A stretch of 62,732 nt of DNA, counting the filler, from Basidiobolus meristosporus CBS 931.73 (Eukaryota; Fungi; Basidiobolomycota), in assembly GCA_002104905.1 (NCBI GenBank). It is 3 parts of 3 records of this genome, joined end to end, with 100 filler letters (N's around TTAATTAATTAA, not from the genome) between each part and the next. Parts side by side here need not be neighbours in the genome. Positions count along the whole stretch, not along the records: positions 20,993 to 34,000 come from MCFE01001216.1; positions 34,101 to 62,732 come from MCFE01000880.1; 1 more part is not named here. One strand, given 5' to 3'. Position 1 is the stretch's first letter. Every line of letters begins with the position of its first letter. Positions 23,461 through 37,500 of the stretch are shown one piece after another. The translations under genes and the position numbers were made by a program. The notes below the pieces were generated by a model. The model was not told where the DNA came from, did not search any database, and saw nothing but the letters and a program-made list of their open reading frames with translations.

Positions 23461-25978
23461 AATTTATGATTACCAGCATCACTACATACTATGCATCACC
23501 TTGAACTCTATGCATATTTCTGATCAGCAGGACATGTCACTGACAGTGCATAGTGCTTGCCAAAATGTTTTGCAGTAGAAAGGAGGTGGCATGTATACTA
23601 AGAATTTGTCTAGATATTCCCTCTGTAGTATAAGATGAGAATATTCATTGATAGTATTGGCATGAAGATTGTAATGATATGATACAGATTGGCCTTTTTT
23701 GGTAGTCCATTGTAGAATTTATTCTTAAACAAGTAGGTTTTTTTACATGCTCAGCCAGCAGTGGAAGGTAATTTGGCAATAAGCCGAGTTTTAATTTGTT
23801 GAGTACAAGTATAGCATTAGTACTTTCAGTTAAATTTTGTAAATATGGTTGATTATTATATGTTTAGCATCTCATCAAAAGAAATATGCAGTTTACAGCT
23901 ACGGCTTTGAATATGCTATCATTCCAATATTCCCACTGTGGTAAAGATTTGGAAATAGCTTCCTTAATGTGCAAAATACAGTCCAAGAAATTGACAAATT
24001 ATTGAATCAAAATTAATGGAAAATTTGGTGCGAAACAAATGAATTGCGACAGAACTGAGATTAAAAAAGCGCTATCCCCATGTGGATTAACAACAATATT
24101 TTTTCCTTCAGGTATACCTTGCAGAAACAAAATATATAGCGTATTGGAAAAGATATTATAAAATGGTGTGCAAAGTCAGGACTTTTTTATCACTTCAGTG
24201 ATTGAAGAAATCTGAAGTTGTGTTGGAAATTAATATAGGAAATATATCCAAATTACGAGATGCAATACTAATCATTTAACAGTCATCTCCACGCTACAAC
24301 TTGCAGTTGGTCCATGTAGCCTGTAATTAGTGGTATTTATTAGCCGAGTAGCATACTAAATATAAGTAATATAGAGTATGGGCAGCAACATCACGCAGCG
24401 GAGTTTCATAAGAACAATAGTCTAGATGTTATTCCAAGATTATGTGAAGTGTAACCCTAACTGAGCGCAGTTGAAAGGAAAACATAACGTGGTTATATGG
24501 CATATTCACTATTTGCAATGATCCTTCAAGTATCAGATTCTCTCCTTATCGATGTATTCGTTATTGTAATGTAACATTAAGAAACAAGCTATGGCATTAG
24601 ATAGATATAATGGATAGAAAAGTGAGAAAGCTTCTAATCGACTGAATGAAACTCTTGTAAGAAAGTTCACTGGTAGAGTTTATTAAAAGACTCTGTGATA
24701 CAAATAACTAAGCGCAAAACCTATGTCGGACATTAGCACTTGAGGTAGAAACCCATATGCCGAATGGATTATTAGTGATGTCGGAAATGCTCTACTTGTT
24801 ACATGATTCGCTAGACCCTTTGACTCCATCCCGCATCAAGTCTTCCAAGGAATTTTCTGACTAATTTCTCAGTTTGTACTTGATAAACAAATATGTAGCA
24901 TATTATTATCTTGCTGTACCAGTTGGATGCGAAGCATATAATATTGCGTAAATTTAAGAAAATTTTCTATGAATATTATTGAAGTAGGTATATACACGTA
25001 CTCAACGAGATAAAGAAAGCTTATTGTATATTCCATACACAAGTACGCTTGGCCCATCAATACAAGTAGTTGTATGCTATGGCAAGCTTATTCACCATGT
25101 GTAGAACACCAAGTTATAAGCTACCGCATTTAAAGTATAATAGATGCTGACTGTCTATAGAGAAAATAGTGATCCTTTACCCATCAGAAGAAAAAACAAG
25201 TACTAATCTTAAGGGTGTATCATTACCAACTGTAGTGATTGGTTATCTTGATATGGCAGATAAGTGATCGATGCTTTGACTGCAATACCAATCATAACCA
25301 CTAAAGTAGGCTTAAGAATGACAAGCTCTCTACTACCACAGTTACACTCAGCTGCAACTTTACCTTGACCATCAAATACTCACTTAAATAATATAAACCT
25401 TCAGGCAAAGTGATTGGCTAAAAGGCGATCATTGCCTATCAATCAAGTGTCAACAGCCGAATTTGCTACATACTGCTTCATTGAAATAATAAAATATTAT
25501 ATACACTGTCTTGTGTAAATTAGCCAATTCGTCTGCACTACACCAATATAGTTTTATAATGATATTATTCAACCAAAAAGGATAGTTAAATGGCGCTCAA
25601 TGTGATGATACAAGGATAATAGGTTGGTGTATCACCCTATTGTGGGTTACACCAAGTCTATTCTTTTACATTCAAGCATTTGATTCCACCACTTCATTGC
25701 TAGTGAGCATCAATAGGTACAAATACCATCGAAACCAATACTACTGGTGCATTGATTCCTTGACAAGATGACGCTCAGATATATTAGATGTAGCAAAATC
25801 ATGTACATAAGTTGTAGTAGTTGAATTCAGAAAATCCCTATCGTTGCCGAAAAATGTGAAATGTGAGTCACATATATTTAAGAGCAGTTACTAAAGAATT
25901 AGCATATTACACATCGCAGATCTTTCAAACATACATGAGATTAATATCAATACAATAGATCGTGCGGCTCCAAGCCTT

Positions 25979-26783
25979 GGAGTCACTAGAACAGTTACTG
26001 TCATATGATCCATGACTTACTGATCTGTGGTCTAATCATCAATATCTGATTGATTTGAATCAGTTCACTCACAACCTACATTCACTGTTGTCGCTATGCA
26101 GTATAACTCAGCCTCGCTGGTTAGATCTGACACCCACCGAATCAGTGGCTACTCGAGGTTGCAATCAGGGACATGAATCCGCCAAACCTCAATGAGCCTA
26201 GGCCAAAACGGATTGGCCTGTCTCGAGACGTCGGCTTGGCGCATTGAGCATTCCTTCGCATCAAGCAAATAGCCACCCTCGCCATTCATATCCTCATCCT
26301 CATCCTCATCCTCGCCCTTACTCCTACCCTTACCCTCGCCCTCGCCCCAGCCTCATCCTTACCCTGATCATTGCTTTCACTCACCCCCTACCCTCGCCCT
26401 CGCCCCTCCCGACCCGACCCGTCCCTTCTTTCCATCCTTTTCAAGCCAACTTGCTAATCTCCCGATCTTCACTCCCACCATTGGTGAGCCCTGACTAAGC
26501 TCTTTCCCTTCGTCCGAAAGGATTGGCCGCCCTGAGCAGATCTTCCCTCGCTCGACTCAGCACCGTGACCATACTCGGTAAGTGTCACTCATCAACCACA
26601 CACACTCATCACCCCCACAACTTGTATCCGCCCGTACCCACTCAGATCTTTGTTGTTGCGGCCGCTCTTATCAGCAAGTACACCCGCACCAGCTCTCCCA
26701 CAACAATGATCTACATTTTAGTACCGCTACTGAGTGTGAATCTTACCATATTAAGCCATATTCAGTGGTGGATACACCCTGAG
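25979..26783 (+). repeat. Left arm of an ~800-bp near-identical inverted repeat
   Basis: Reverse complement of 33071-33841; the same ORF peptides (MAALSRSS.., MSLINHTH..) occur on opposite strands. Confidence 0.95.
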
Positions 26784-28143
26784 CCGTTCTGCCAGTTGAT
26801 CTTTGATCATTTTGTAGATCCCAATATTAACGCCAACTCATAAAGTCACCCCCCAATCCATTCTCTACCAATACCAATATCAAGACACCAGAAACCCTAC
26901 AGCTGATTCAGCCGCATCGGAAGTATCGTATCCGTTAGAGTCCTTTTATCGAAGTGAAGAACGTGAACTTTATGAAATTAAGTATTGCTACGAAGGCGGA
27001 TGATTGAAATATACAAGCAAGTTTCAATCAGATTTAATCTAATACTAACCTCACGTTCATCAATGCTGCTCATCCTTAATCGAGAACCCTCGAATTGCTG
27101 TTTGAATTTAGCAAAGTGGGGTTGATGGTGGTGGATACCGATAGATTGCTCATCCAATGAGATACATCCCGTATAATTCCCGATTGATTTGTGCCTCCAA
27201 TTCTTTCCGAGTCTTCATGTAATAAGATTGTCACACAGAGGGTGAGGTAAGACAATAGCAGAATTATTCGATCAATCATAAGCCTAAGTCCTCGCACTGA
27301 TCGAATGTTCCAAATGCGAGTCAAGTGACCAATATAGTCTAGATTTGAGTTAATGTTGTGGGTGGCCTTGGTCCCATCCAGGGGTAATCAGTGAAGCCAG
27401 ATATACCTGGATTTTACGCTGTGAAATCGTGGAAAATCTAGAACTCGATTTACCTTCAAGCCATCCATCGTTAAAGCGGCTTCGGATAAATCCGCTAAAG
27501 AAAGCGTCTTGTGTGAAAGAGTCTTGAGCATCGTTCTTTTCTCACCTAGACTGTCCACACCGATCACGGAATCGGGCCTAGCTTACAAATCTAGCAATGG
27601 CGACATCGTTTGTTGAGCCGAATCCGTAACTAAATATAGGAGATGCACTCCAATTTCTCATCCAGAGCGCTCAATGTTGACCATAGCCTAATCAGAGGGG
27701 CTTTGCCAAGAACGTGTACCAATCAATTCTGCAGATGGTCTAAGTAATCCCGAGTCGCCATCTCAGCTCTATCGACAGTTTTAGATTTCACATCGCTCCT
27801 CTCTGTTGACTCTTTAACCTAGTCCCCATAAAGTAACTTCTTGATAGGTACACCCAAAAATAACTTATCATCGAGTAGTGAGAACCAATGGTAGGCACCA
27901 TTGCAATTATGGCCAATCGGAGCAGGATGACTCACAATAGAAAATACAGGGAATAATTCTTGTTGAATGGATGTTTAATGTGAATAAATACATATGTACA
28001 TTACAAATTTTGGATCTGAAGATGCGTCCAACCATATGATTCGGCTGACATAGCAGATAAATCACCAAGACGCCCAGGTGTGCTATTGTACAATTTACTG
28101 GTTTCTATGAGGGTTCCTCGATGAAATAGCTACCAAGCTTGCT

Positions 28144-28584
28144 CTAATTGAGCAAGAAATTGAGCTCCATTCGAGACTCCAGACGGGGTGAGATGAGCAC
28201 CGTGTCGTTGACCAGGTTCTTGATGCACATGGGCGATTGGGAGAAGGCTTGCTTTCTGTAATCTGGAATGGTGTAGTCAGGGACCAGATGGTCGGTCACT
28301 GTCTGAAGTGAATCCTCAGAAGTGGCTGATCCACAATCACTCTCGGGTGATCCAGTTCTTGGCGCAAGCTCAGCGTGTTTGGAGTTCAGGTGTCGTAGGA
28401 GCTGATCGCTACGAGTAAATCCTTTGCCACAGTTGGTATGTGGGCAAGGGTGAGGATATTCACCAGTGTGTGTGCGGAAGTGACGCATGTAGTTATCTTT
28501 ACGATTGAAGGACTTCTGGCACACTGAGCAGGTGATTTGAATTGGCTTTCTGCGGTAGGTGGTACGAGTAGCTGTGGCTTTCAT
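28144..28584 (-). CDS. Small two-finger C2H2 zinc-finger transcription factor, paralog A
   Basis: CSVC..RKDNYMRHFRTH-TGEYP-CPHTNC..RSDQLLRHLNSKH; C-terminal MELNFLLN; intronless, 146 aa. Confidence 0.92.
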   Translation of the reverse strand: MKATATRTTYRRKPIQITCSVCQKSFNRKDNYMRHFRTHTGEYPHPCPHTNCGKGFTRSDQLLRHLNSKHAELAPRTGSPESDCGSATSEDSLQTVTDHLVPDYTIPDYRKQAFSQSPMCIKNLVNDTVLISPRLESRMELNFLLN

Positions 28585-31500
28585 GGTGAAGGAATATTAA
28601 GAACTACTAAGATTGAATGCCAGTAGAGGGATGATGCCTCCCCTATTTATATTTCTCAGGAGGGCTCTGACACAGGCCAAGCATTTTTTGATTTGTCCAT
28701 TCGAATGTTCCACCGCGATCAACTGAATTATGCAAGATACCCCAATGATCGAGTACAGAAAATCCGTACTTCATTGTTCCCAATTTGTGACTAACCTGCA
28801 ACCTCACCATCCCTGTTCCGACCCTCATTCCATGTTGGCTGTGAACTTGATTATTCGGAGAATCGTTTTACTTTGGGCCATATGACCAAGTCACTTGATC
28901 CCCAACACAAAATCAACCTCAGTAACGGCTGTGTAACAAGCTAAAATTCGATTGTCGATATCTATACTATTGCACCAAGAACCCATTTGGAGGATTAGGA
29001 GGATTATCATCCAAGCTGGAACAAATCAAACGTTTCACCGATTTACCAGCGAAATTGTCACTCCACTGGGATCTCTGGTGCACAGAGAAGTAGGGTGGAT
29101 AATGCTCTCCGAAGGAATACTCGCTCCTTCCATTTCCATCAAGACAAGTTCAACCTCATCAGAAGCTACAGATTAACATCGACTGAACCTTTCGTAGGAA
29201 TGATCCCGGATCGGAACGATCACGATATATCTAGGATGTAGATGAAATCTCACAATATCACTTATCTTTCGATCAGCTTCCTTCATCCACATGTAGGGAC
29301 ATTGGCCCAAATCCACTCCTGATTATCCATACTTGTCCGGTACATCGATGCGGAAGAGGGCGATGGGATGGAATGTGGCTTAACTGCTGGCATTAGTACA
29401 AAATTATCTAGCATCAGGATGGTGTAAGCGAGATTACGCTCGAAGGCGAATCGTTCCATAGAATGAAACCCATCTGCAGTGCAACGTCAAAACCGGGAAT
29501 GGAGAAAATGTGGCTTATTGTATATGGGAGTGATTCGCATGCCAAATATAGGCAGAATCCTCACCACAAGCTGGCATATTCCATCTATAATCGATATGGA
29601 CCTTTTTGGCTATCGAAAGCCATCCGTTTCATCGCCTTAATTATCTGGCTACTTGGTATTCGTGAAATGGAGTTGGGAGCCTTTTTAGATGGTAGGAGGG
29701 AAGACGGTCGATACATGAGATCGAATCAATCTAGATGGATTTCGCCATCACTATACCACTCCTTTCAGTTGCGCTTACTTTTTTAGCCGCCATATACGCA
29801 GACGAAGTTTCTATCAACGCTGGAGGAGGCGAAAGTAAGAATGTCCATTCGTGAATCGCTACGATCAGCCGTCAACCAATCAGAAGGAGACCGTTGCTCT
29901 CGACTTTTCGGATAAATTCCAAATGGCAGTTACGAATCTGTCCAAAATAGTCCCTACTCCCATTATTGTACAAAGCAAGAGTGGCGAGGCTATTGGGCCG
30001 TTTGTACAGAGTCAATCCGAAGTGCTGAATAGGTATATATATCAATTGAAGGTGCTATATCAAGGTTAGTCCTAAGACAACTTATTATTGGGGATTCACA
30101 AATTTATTTATTTGGATATACGATAGGGAGAATGGCCGAATATAAATCATCTAAATTTGGATGATAGATTACTTTCGGTGCACGTATTCTAGAATGAGAG
30201 GTTTCAATTTCATTCTAATATATATATAAACTCCATCTTTGACGGAGGTAGAATAACTTCATTGATCCTCGGATGGGATGTCATTTTGCTAGCTAAGTTT
30301 GCTTGCAGAATGGATAGACGACATTAGCATGGAATGAGTTCGTGGGAAATCTGTTCAGAGAGGTTCTCCTCGGTACATTGCACTTGCTTACGAGTTGTGT
30401 CACTTCTTCGTGGATAGGTACCAACGGGAGGCGAGTGCCACCCATCATGGTTCCAGGGAATATCATAGCATCAGATTTGGATTAGTGGGGAAGACTTACC
30501 AGTACATCCGTTCTTAGAAACAATTTCCTAGGCAATTTATGTATTGGATATCCCAATAAAGTGGTGGAGCGTTCCACACCGATCAGAATGTTCATAATTT
30601 ATCCAATAGAAGATAAGCTTCTCCATTAAGAATCTCCTCAGTGTATTTATTAACAATCAATCACCCATAGCATTCAATACCGAATCGGCACCATGCCTGG
30701 ACGCAACAAATGAACTCCGCACAGCTGACCCCTAATCCAAGTGACACAGAGCTTGGCGACAGGAACATGATTGAATAAGAGGGTCATCCTTCTTAAGTAC
30801 TAATATTTATACAACTAGATGGGGTATGTATGAATTCGTAAGCATGGTTTGAAATTCTGGATGCCGGTCCTGTTCCTGCTCATTTGAGGTGCAGCACTTG
30901 ACCATATTGCTGTTATGAGTTTGCGTACATCAGACTCGGTTGTCGTAACGTGTTTGAAAACCTGTAATGTCACTGCAATGGATCTACTCCCCAAGCGGTG
31001 GAGTGCTTTCGTTGTCACCAAGCCAGCGGGATTATATCCATATATGCAGCCAAGGTCAATATAGGAAACTATACGAGCAGGGGCATTTCAAATAGACTTC
31101 CTCGAATAATCCCATGGTTGGAGAGGCTTAGTACTTGACAGTTCCAATGAGAGTCTTGGTGAATTGTGTGCTCTTTTCAAGCCAGTCAAATGTCTGTAGA
31201 GATACGGCCTAGGCCTGTAAGTATGAGACATTAAAATTAATCCGATGATTGGTTTGAGTGTCCTCACGTGCTCCAGCCAATCTCCTGTGAGCTCAATAAT
31301 GAAGTGTTGCAAGAGAAAATGTAGTTCTGGTAAGGAAACGTTTGAAACTAGGTTTCCCAGCTCATTCACCTTTGATAACATACCACTTCCTGACCAAAGT
31401 TCTGGGCCCTGTTACACCTCATCAGACTTGGGCAGAAACAACCACAGTTACTCCGCTCTTAGACTTGAATTGATATAAATGCAGCATATGGATACATATG

Positions 31501-31954
31501 TAGTGAGTGAATTGTGGTGTTTAAGGAGTAGAGCCGAGAGCTTGGTATTCAACATTTTCCTGGTAACGCAGTTTTTGCTCGACTGAAACAAAGCAGCAAC
31601 TAACACAGGTAGGTGTACAAGTGGCTTTGAATAGGCTGGGATCAAGGCGATATAGTTCCTCCCAAGTGATATGTATCAATGATTTGGCGTTCGCCCGTAA
31701 ATAGTAATATTTCTAATCAACATCTGTTGAGATTATTAGTCAGCAGCGCTTAGCGGTTAGAAACAGCGACCACCTCCACATATGGCAAACTAAGAATCAT
31801 TTAGCACCATGATGTGGCTTTTGCAAGAGCGCGGGTTCTAGCGACATTGCTTCGTGTTTATTTTGAAAGCAGAGTGGTGTGCATATTTACAAGTAATTGA
31901 TGTTCAATAAATAGAAAATTGTCCATTGGTAAAGCTCTAATGGCAGCAAGTACC

Positions 31955-32365
31955 CTAATTCAGAAGAAAGTCCAGACTCATGCGGGTGCTTTTTCCTCCT
32001 GCAGAAGAAAAGTGCTGCTTCGAGATGCTACCCATTCTGAGTATCCTGGATGTAAGGTCTGGGAAACATCCGTACGCACGAACGGTTTGAAGAGAATCCT
32101 CTGAGCAAGAGGAGGTGAAACTATCCGGAGATCCGTTTCTCATGAGAGTTTCGTTATGCTTGGAGGCGATGTGTCTAACGAGTTGATCACTTCGTGTGAA
32201 TCCTTTTTTACAGTTGGGATGAGGACATTGATGAGGTAGCTCTCCGGTATGAGAGCGGAAATGTCTCAAGAAATTGTCTTTGCGATTGAAAGTCTTTGTG
32301 CAGAGTGAGCAATTTATTGTGATGGACTTTCTGCGGGAGGCACTGTTGGGTGTGGCGATTTTCAT
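31955..32365 (-). CDS. Small two-finger C2H2 zinc-finger transcription factor, paralog B
   Basis: CSLC..RKDNFLRHFRSH-TGELP-CPHPNC..RSDQLVRHIASKH; C-terminal MSLDFLLN; 136 aa. Confidence 0.92.
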   Translation of the reverse strand: MKIATPNSASRRKSITINCSLCTKTFNRKDNFLRHFRSHTGELPHQCPHPNCKKGFTRSDQLVRHIASKHNETLMRNGSPDSFTSSCSEDSLQTVRAYGCFPDLTSRILRMGSISKQHFSSAGGKSTRMSLDFLLN

Positions 32366-33070
32366 TGTGCTGATGATTTGGATTGTGAGTTAATGGAAGT
32401 GCGAGTTTTAGGAATATTTATACAATCCGCGAGTAACTCGAGGGATCCCGAGTAAATATTTCTAGAATGCATTATATTGGAAGGTTCATGTCTCATCTTA
32501 CCATCCTTAGGAATTAACTTCAGAAGTTTATGCATGAGTGAGACATGGACTATTCAGTAGACCACTACCATTCATTAATTGGACGCCATTAAAGACATCT
32601 TTTAATACTCTGCTCATATTCTTGGCCCGCATGAAGCTTCCTCAGATTTGTAGATCCAATCCGTGATGATTTTGAAACTTCAAGCCTTAGCGGCACTATT
32701 CACCAGAGGGAGCGTCAATGGCCAAGTACAATATGCTGGTTGATTGGTAAAGATAGCACCATTCATCCAAACCCGCGATCGCTATTTTCTACCACTCCAT
32801 CTCTGTTGCCCCTGTCCGTATCTGAATCTCAAACCGAGCCTGATATACGCCCAACTTGCTGTAACTGGTTGTTGTTGTTGAGCTAACTCAGTTCGTGAAG
32901 TACTGAAACGGGGATACCAAGGAGATTATAATTGAAAAAGATATATTGAATTATAGCTTCGCCACCAAAAATATGATAACCCAACATCCCTGCCCTTCCT
33001 AACAAGCTTGTTCACGGAAGCCAAGAGAACAGGACCTGTACGAAAAATCTACTACCAGAAAAGATTCTAC

Positions 33071-33841
33071 CTCCGGGTGTATCCACCACTGAATATGGCT
33101 TAATATGGTAAGATTCACACTCAGTAGCGGTACTAAAATGTAGATCATTGTTGTGGGAGAGCTGGTGCGGGTGTATTTGCTGATAAGAGCGGCCGCAACA
33201 ACAAAGATCTGAGTGGGTACGGGCGGATACAAGTTGTGGGGGTGATGAGTGTGTGTGGTTGATGAGTGACACTTACCGAGTATGGTCACGGTGCTGAGTC
33301 GAGCGAGGGAAGATCTGCTCAGGGCGGCCAATCCTTTCGGACGAAGGGAAAGAGCTTAGTCAGGGCTCACCAATGGTGGGAGTGAAGATCGGGAGATTAG
33401 CAAGTTGGCTTGAAAAGGATGGAAAGAAGGGACGGGTCGGGAGGGGCGAGGGCGAGGGTAGGGGGTGAGTGAAAGCAATGATCAGGGTAAGGGCAGGGGT
33501 AAGGGCGAGGATGAGGGTGAGGATGAGGATATGAATGGTGAGGGTGGCCATTTGCTTGATGCGAAGGAATGCTCAATGCGCCAAGCCGACGTCTCGAGAC
33601 AGGCCAATCCGTTTTGGCCTAGGCTCATTGAGGTTTGGCGGATTCATGTCCCTGATTGCAACCTCGAGTAGCCACTGATTCGGTGGGTGTCAGATCTAAC
33701 CAGCGAGGCTGAGTTATACTGCATAGCGACAACAGTGAATGTAGGTTGTGAGTGAACTGATTCAAATCAATCAGATATTGATGATTAGACCACAGATCAG
33801 TAAGTCATGGATCATATGACAGTAACTGTTCAAGGGACTCC
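33071..33841 (-). repeat. Right arm of the inverted repeat
   Basis: Reverse complement of 25979-26783; differs mainly in the (CCTCAT)/(CCTTAC) microsatellite tract. Confidence 0.95.
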
Positions 33842-34000
33842 ATATCTGTAAGGCTGTTACTGGCTTTGATGCGACCATATGTTATGGCGGTCATCCCACG
33901 CTCTCTTCATCTCCAACACGCTCTCATACACATGGAGACATATGAATCATTGTTGAGTGTCTATTCTGAAGTGATTAAAGGCTAGTGCCTTGACTGTGTA

Positions 34001-34100
34001 NNNNNNNNNNNNNNNNNNNNNNNNNNNNNNNNNNNNNNNNNNNNTTAATTAATTAANNNNNNNNNNNNNNNNNNNNNNNNNNNNNNNNNNNNNNNNNNNN
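34001..34100. other. Assembly gap with linker
   Basis: N-run with TTAATTAATTAA at 34045-34056. Confidence 0.97.
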
Positions 34101-34139
34101 ACACGGACAAGGTCCTCGGTTCGAACCCGAGCGAAAGCA
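34101..34139 (+). tRNA. tRNA-Val (NAC), 3' half only (5' half in gap)
   Basis: ..ACAC-GGACA-AGGTC-CTCGG-TTCGAAC-CCGAG-CGAAAGC-A: perfect T-arm, Val-type acceptor strand, followed by T-runs. Confidence 0.8.
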
Positions 34140-34599
34140 ATTTTACATTTTCTCAAACTCTTTTCTGGAACTATTTTATATGCACACTTAAATGAATAAT
34201 TAAATAGTAATGGGGCAGGCGCAAGGAATAATTCATTTTAGGATGGAATGACATATATAGAATGGAAGATTGTGTTTCCTGAGTAGAAATGAGTAAGCTG
34301 GGCAGGGCTCTTTAAAAAGGTGATACCAACAATGTATTACGTATGCAGAAACGCACCCACACATATAAATATGTAGACAGATAGGTGCGCACCTACATAT
34401 AGCAATCTAGTTCAAGCACAAAATCAATAATTAGAATATTATGGGTCCACAATGACCAATCTCATAATCAGATCACCTCTATATACACGCAAGGAGTAGT
34501 CACAAGAAAATAGGATAGACAAAGAGTTAGAGAAGATACACCACCAGTAAACAGTAAAAGCACATAAACACCACAAACAAGAGGCTGAACAAAAGCCAA

Positions 34600-37500
34600 T
34601 AAATGCCGCGGCCCCCATCTCCACTTTTGATAAACCTGCTACAAAATGACCGGTAAAAAGGATAGCCTGTATAGCACAGTGGTAGTGCGTCTGTCTTGTA
34701 AACTGAAGCTTGATTCCATAATGGAGAGAGATACTGGTGAAAATACCAAGAAAATATGCAATTACACTGATGGAGAATATAACTCCAAACTTTGCACCCA
34801 CTTCTACAAAACGTATGGGATAAAGCAAGAGATTACTATACCATACTCCCCACAGCAATATTCAGAATGAGCAAACTGACCCATCTTCAATATGGCAAGA
34901 CCAGTGATCCACAATCAAAGATTCTCCTAAGATTTTGAGTGAAATCAGTTGCCACAGCCATATATCTCAATAATTGCAGTTATAGCTGAACACTTGATGA
35001 TTCCACTGCATTTGAGGCATTGTATGGATACAGACCAAGTGCAGAACATCTCAGAATATTTGGGTGCACAGCATAAGCCAAGAAACTGCTCAGATATCAG
35101 TCAATATCTGAGCCAAAAAGTCTGTAATGCATATTTTTGGATTATGGCAATGAGAGCAAGATATACAGACTGTACAATATTAAAGTAAAGATGCTGATTG
35201 TTGTATTCAGGAGGAAAATGTAATAAAACTCTTGAATGGTTTAACTAAACCTAAGGGACAACTAAGTGCAGAATCTTAGAATTGTCAGCAAGTGGCAGTA
35301 ATAATAGTGGACTGATTCTAATCAAATATTGGTCTTGTATACAGCTGGGTTTGGCTGTAAGGCAACAGGGTTGGTTTGCTTTACAGGCTAGACTTAGTGT
35401 TCATGGGAGTGCTAGATATGCTAGGCTTGGGTAGAGGCTTTAACAGAATTGTTGAGTTCTTAAGTTTTCTCAGACACAATCTTAGTTTTGTTGTGACACA
35501 TCCCAAAGCAAAAGGTTCAGTAGACTTTATTTATACTTCTCTGATCAAATTGAATTAGTAAGCACCAAGTGATTGCATTAATTGAAATGTGCTTAGGTGT
35601 TGATATGCACATAAGATAAATGAAAACTGCATCATAATCTACTGATCTGTTGACAACTGCTAAGTAGTTAGATAGATTTCAGATGACTAATCACTTGGAA
35701 AGGCTTAGCAGATCAATTGAGAACATAATGACCACATGAAAATTGATCAGGTATGACAGCTAACAATAGATTCTGAGAAAAGATAAGATAAACTATTACT
35801 GGTATTAGTGATGTTGGGGTTAGGGAAAATCTGTCAAGGTACTAGATTCTACAACATAGTAAAATTGGCTAAGCTTTAAATGTTGATGCATAACACTGAT
35901 CAACTCTAGGGATGTGTTGTTTGATGAAAATAAAAATTAGCAAAAAAAATGACATCAGATAACAACACAAATCTGATCTCAAGTCTACCAACAGTCAGGA
36001 TCAAATCAGAGTATAACATTGAGAATTGTTACACTACAGGGGACTCTGCAACCATGGCTCAGCCCAAATCAGAGCCTAGGAATATTTTAGAAGTAATCAA
36101 TTCAGTATTTTGGAGCTGGAGACCCAACTGGACCATAAATAGCACAAATAACTGTATCAATGAGGGTACAAATCTAGCCTATGCCTATTCAATCCATACT
36201 GGTGAGCCTAAGACTATAAAAAAGGCTCTAAATGGCCCTCAAACAAGGTTGTGGAGATCTACAACAACTGAGGAGTATCAGTCCTGGATGGAAACCCAAA
36301 CTTAGGACTTAGTCAAATTATTGACCAACTAAAAATCAATTGGATGCAGATGGGTCTTCAAGACAATACATATAGTTGATGGTACAATTGAAAGCTAAAG
36401 AGCAAAACTTGTGGCCAGCAGATAATGTCAAACAGACTTACTTGACTATACTGAGACCTTTGCATTGGTAGTCAAGTTTAATTCTAATAGAGTAATATTG
36501 GCTATTGCAGCCCAATATAGGTTTTTACTCATCATATAGGGTAAAGACTGCAGTTTTAATGGAGAACTTGTTGAGGACATGTATATGTACCAGCCTGATT
36601 AGTTTGCTGCCCAAGAAAACCCCCATCCAATCTACAAGCTCAAAAAATCTCTTTATGATATCAAAAGCTCACCAACAGCCTGGAGTTGCAAGATTAATTT
36701 GTACTTGGAATCATTAAGTTACCAAAGGAGTACTGTCCACTATTGTATCCACTGTAAGCCAGATAGAGCAAGTCCAGTTCTTTTAGCTCTAATGTGGATG
36801 ATTTATAATTGCTACCAATAACTGTGAAACATTGGAAGAGACTAAAACAGCCAATCTGAGGAGTTCAAGATGTCTGATCTAGGAGAACCCAGTTACTACT
36901 TAGGGATGAGGTTCTCTATGGCTAGAAGTACTCAGAATATCACCCTAGGTAAGTCCAAGTGTATTCTAGATATACTCAAGAAGTTCCAAATGGAAGTCTG
37001 TAAACTGGTAGCTACCCCAATGGAAACAAACCTCAACCTGGTCAAAACTCAACCAAATCAAGAGAGCTTAATGCCATATGAAAGCCCTGACTTTCCTTAT
37101 AAATCAGTAATTGGCAGTCTCATATATATCATGCTAAGAACATGTCCAAGTATTTCATGTTCAGTGGGAGTTTTTAGTCAGCATAATGAGGACTACCAAT
37201 CTAATCATATTACAGCTGTCAAGTGGATTTTGAGATACCTAAAAGGAGCTGCTGATATCTGCTTATGATATACCAATAAGGACTCAGAACAGGATCTTTG
37301 GGATACTCTAATGCTGACTGGGGACAAAACATTAAAGACAGAACATGTATCACAGGATACACTTATATTTACTGTAAAGGAGCAATTTCTTGGAATTCAA
37401 GAAAGTCACCCTGTGTGGCACTTCTTACCACAGCAGCAGAGTATGTGGCAGCCTGTGAATCTACAAAAGAGGCAATGCAGCTATGAAAGCTTTTTGAAGA

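Noticed and set aside
23500-25970. Short broken reading frames suggesting a decayed gene (also 28900-31700)
   Set aside because: No recognisable family motif or consistent frame.
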